Positions 62,187-64,000 of a stretch of DNA of 64,000 bases are shown here, piece after piece. Made by a program: the position numbers and the translations under genes. Source of the stretch: Candidatus Parcubacteria bacterium (GTDB taxonomy: Bacteria > Patescibacteriota > Patescibacteriia > Patescibacteriales > UBA12075); contig JAGLYP010000026.1 in assembly GCA_023132155.1 (NCBI GenBank), positions 1,741-65,740 of the forward strand, read 5' to 3'. The notes below the pieces were generated by a model, which ran no database searches, was not told the origin of the DNA, and saw only the letters and a program-made list of their open reading frames with translations. The stretch's first letter is position 1. Each line of letters opens with the position of its first letter.

Positions 62187-62672
62187 ATGCCATTAGAAGC
62201 AACGCATATTCGTTTCGCGCTTGATTTGAAAGACGAATATAAAATTAAAGATATTAAAAAATATATTTCAGGAACAGTTTATCCTGACAGTCGTTATATT
62301 ACCGGAATTGATAGAAATTTAACTCATCATGAGGATATTCTAAAATCGGAGTTTGCAAAAGATGATTTTAAAAAAGGCTGGCAAGTTCATCAAATTTGCG
62401 ACATGATTATGAACAAGGAAAAGAAAAAGGTTTTATCTAGTTCGTTTGTTGACGGGCGCGCTGGTTTTAATGAAGAAGAATGGATAATTTCGTCAGCTAT
62501 GAAAATTATTCAAGATATGAATGATATGCAAAATTTTGATTTGCAAAAAAATTTAAAATATCTTAATTTCGCGTATAACCCCAATGGTGAAAATTTAAGC
62601 GACATAAGGAAATATAATCAAATAATAATTGATTTGTATAAAAATAAAAAAGTTACCACATGTAGAGGATAA
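62187..62672 (+). CDS. hypothetical protein, possibly a zinc-dependent phospholipase C-like hydrolase fold
   Basis: The N-terminus 'MPLEATHIRFALDL' resembles the 'THxxFA' opening of that family. Otherwise unrecognised. Confidence 0.3.
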   Translation: MPLEATHIRFALDLKDEYKIKDIKKYISGTVYPDSRYITGIDRNLTHHEDILKSEFAKDDFKKGWQVHQICDMIMNKEKKKVLSSSFVDGRAGFNEEEWIISSAMKIIQDMNDMQNFDLQKNLKYLNFAYNPNGENLSDIRKYNQIIIDLYKNKKVTTCRG

Positions 62673-62679
62673 TTATAAA

Positions 62680-62826
62680 ATGTGGATTGCTCTTGGGATA
62701 AATAAAGAGCAGGGTGATAAAATAAAAGAGAAGACGGAAGATTTTTTAAAAGATAAAGGATTGGTTAAAAGAATTGAAGCAATATATGACGATATGATTG
62801 TTAATTATAAAGATGTTTTGTTTTGA
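62680..62826 (+). CDS. small ORF (48 aa), possibly the frameshifted C-terminus of the preceding gene
   Basis: The ATG at 62680 opens 'MWIALGINKEQGDKIKEKTEDF...'. This reading frame is already open from 62629, overlapping the end of 62187-62672 across an A-rich tract (AAAAATAAAAAAG). Confidence 0.3.
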   Translation: MWIALGINKEQGDKIKEKTEDFLKDKGLVKRIEAIYDDMIVNYKDVLF

Positions 62827-62876
62827 TTAAAAAATAAAAAATCATAAAAATAAAATATTAGACAATATGTTAAGCG

Positions 62877-62899
62877 GGCGTTTTTAAATGCCGTTTTTT
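62877..62899 (+). terminator. possible rho-independent terminator
   Basis: GGCGTTT-TT-AAATGCC followed by GTTTTTT. The loop is short, so the stem is probably shorter than drawn. Confidence 0.4.
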
Positions 62900-62931
62900 A
62901 TTATCTAAAATAAGCCAAAAAATAAATATTT

Positions 62932-62958
62932 TTAGCACTCTTGACACAAGAGTGCTAG
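62932..62958. promoter_or_regulatory. CIRCE operator (HrcA binding site) overlapping the hrcA promoter
   Basis: TTAGCACTC-TTGACACAA-GAGTGCTAG matches the consensus TTAGCACTC-N9-GAGTGCTAA at 17 of the 18 arm positions. The spacer contains the TTGACA -35 hexamer, with TATTAT 18 nt downstream (62965-62970). Confidence 0.9.
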
Positions 62959-62976
62959 TTGGTGTATTATGTCATT

Positions 62977-63663
62977 ATGGACGAAAGAAAAGAGTTGATT
63001 TTAAATACAATTATTAAGGAACATATAAAAACAGGGCTTCCTGTGAGTTCCGGCGTTTTGGTGGAAAAGTATAAATTGAATATATCACCAGCTACGGTTA
63101 GGAATGAAATGGCTGTACTGGAAGACGAAGAGTATATAATTCAACCGCATACTTCCGCGGGAAGAATTCCAACGGAAAAAGCTTATAAATTATTTATTGA
63201 AAATATTCAGCCTAAAAAAATAAATCAATCGGATAGAGCGGGCTTAGAAGAATTGCTTGAACAATCCACTGAGGAGAATTTGAAAAACGCGGCCAAAAAA
63301 CTTTCCAGCCTTTCAGGCGCAACTGTTTTTTGGGCTTTTCATAGGCATAATTTGTATTACACCGGAATATCAAATTTATTTCAGCAGCCTGAATTTTCCG
63401 AGCTTAGTATTATTTATGATATTTCCGCGATTATTGACAGGATTGATGAGATAATAAATGATATATTTGACGAAATTGAAGATGGGATAAATATCAGAAT
63501 CGGTTCAGACAGTCCGTTCGGGAGTTTTAGCGGCACTATTATGGCTAAATATAAAATCGGCGAGCACACGGGTTTGTTCGGAGTTTTAAGCCCTGTTAGA
63601 ATGGATTATGAAAAAAATTTAACTTTAATAAATTTTGTTTATGATAGACTAAAAATAATCTAA
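62977..63663 (+). CDS. hrcA: heat-inducible transcription repressor HrcA (short form)
   Basis: 'MDERKELILNTIIKEHIKTGLPVSSGVLVEKYKLNISPATVRNEMAVLEDEEYIIQPHTSAGRIPTEKAY' is the canonical HrcA wHTH. A CIRCE lies upstream and grpE downstream. 228 aa, versus ~340 typical. Confidence 0.88.
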   Translation: MDERKELILNTIIKEHIKTGLPVSSGVLVEKYKLNISPATVRNEMAVLEDEEYIIQPHTSAGRIPTEKAYKLFIENIQPKKINQSDRAGLEELLEQSTEENLKNAAKKLSSLSGATVFWAFHRHNLYYTGISNLFQQPEFSELSIIYDISAIIDRIDEIINDIFDEIEDGINIRIGSDSPFGSFSGTIMAKYKIGEHTGLFGVLSPVRMDYEKNLTLINFVYDRLKII

Positions 63664-63728
63664 TTATAATTTTATTTTAATAAATTTTGTGTATATTATA
63701 GATTAAAGACGCTTTAAAGTATAATCTT

Positions 63729-64000
63729 ATGGGAGAAAAAAAGATTAAGAATCCAAAAATAAAACCGGAAAAAGTTAAAAAGCTATCGGACAAAGAAAAG
63801 TATGAAGATTTAAATAATAAATATAGGCGCGCTTTAGCGGATTATCAAAATTTATTAAAGAGAACAGCCGTGGAAAATCAAGAATTTATTAAATACGCGA
63901 ATGAAAGATTGTTGCATGAAATTTTACCGGTTTATGATAATTTAAAAATTTCATTATCCCATATTGACGAAGAGGCGCAAGGCAACGGCTGGGCCGAAGG
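63729..64000 (+). CDS. grpE: nucleotide exchange factor GrpE (3'-truncated by window end)
   Basis: 'YRRALADYQNLLKRTAVENQEFIKYANERLLHEILPVYDNL' is the GrpE coiled-coil signature. The position after hrcA supports the call. Confidence 0.85.
   Translation, partial: MGEKKIKNPKIKPEKVKKLSDKEKYEDLNNKYRRALADYQNLLKRTAVENQEFIKYANERLLHEILPVYDNLKISLSHIDEEAQGNGWAE

Noticed and set aside
1-64000. Search for tRNA, rRNA, tmRNA, RNase P, transposase, integrase and phage structural genes
   Set aside because: No intergenic segment shows a cloverleaf-compatible sequence or rRNA-like conservation. No ORF carries DDE, tyrosine-recombinase or serine-recombinase motifs that I could recognise.

Overview
AT-rich, tightly packed bacterial segment. 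About 45 genes sit on the + strand and only uvrB on the - strand. No rRNA, tRNA, CRISPR array, transposase or integrase is visible. Reduced housekeeping genes, a type IV pilin-like gene, a lone PilB-like ATPase and a giant surface protein suggest a Patescibacteria/CPR-like organism using the standard code (inference only). Housekeeping content includes map, ruvX, recO, aspS, uvrC/uvrB, ileS, secA/secD/secF, proB/proS, mreBCD-mrdA and hrcA-grpE. The standout is a putative cell-surface locus at 753-17758: a prepilin-type protein, a small Cys-rich secreted protein, a 14.2 kb ORF (4731 aa) and a membrane protein with four FN3-like domains. The giant ORF is built from at least four recurring module types. 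Other notable features: (1) 7-nt periodic tandem arrays (NNAATTA / AAGAATN and GTGTTAT-type) fill several intergenic regions and also occur in frame inside uvrC, ileS and the end of secD. (2) Several families of long palindromic hairpin elements are present, including a ~310-nt nested one between a T-box leader and aspS. (3) A 97-nt palindrome encodes the last two codons and the stop of both convergent, C-terminally short uvrC and uvrB. (4) SecD carries parvulin PPIase-like modules. (5) A candidate proline-codon leader peptide and terminator lie upstream of proB-proS. (6) A small accessory patch holds a MUG-like glycosylase with an N-terminal extension, AbiEi/AbiEii, and further on a DNA methyltransferase remnant. 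(7) A divergent GGDEF protein is paired with an unknown protein. All calls come from reading the sequence and ORF translations. No searches were run.
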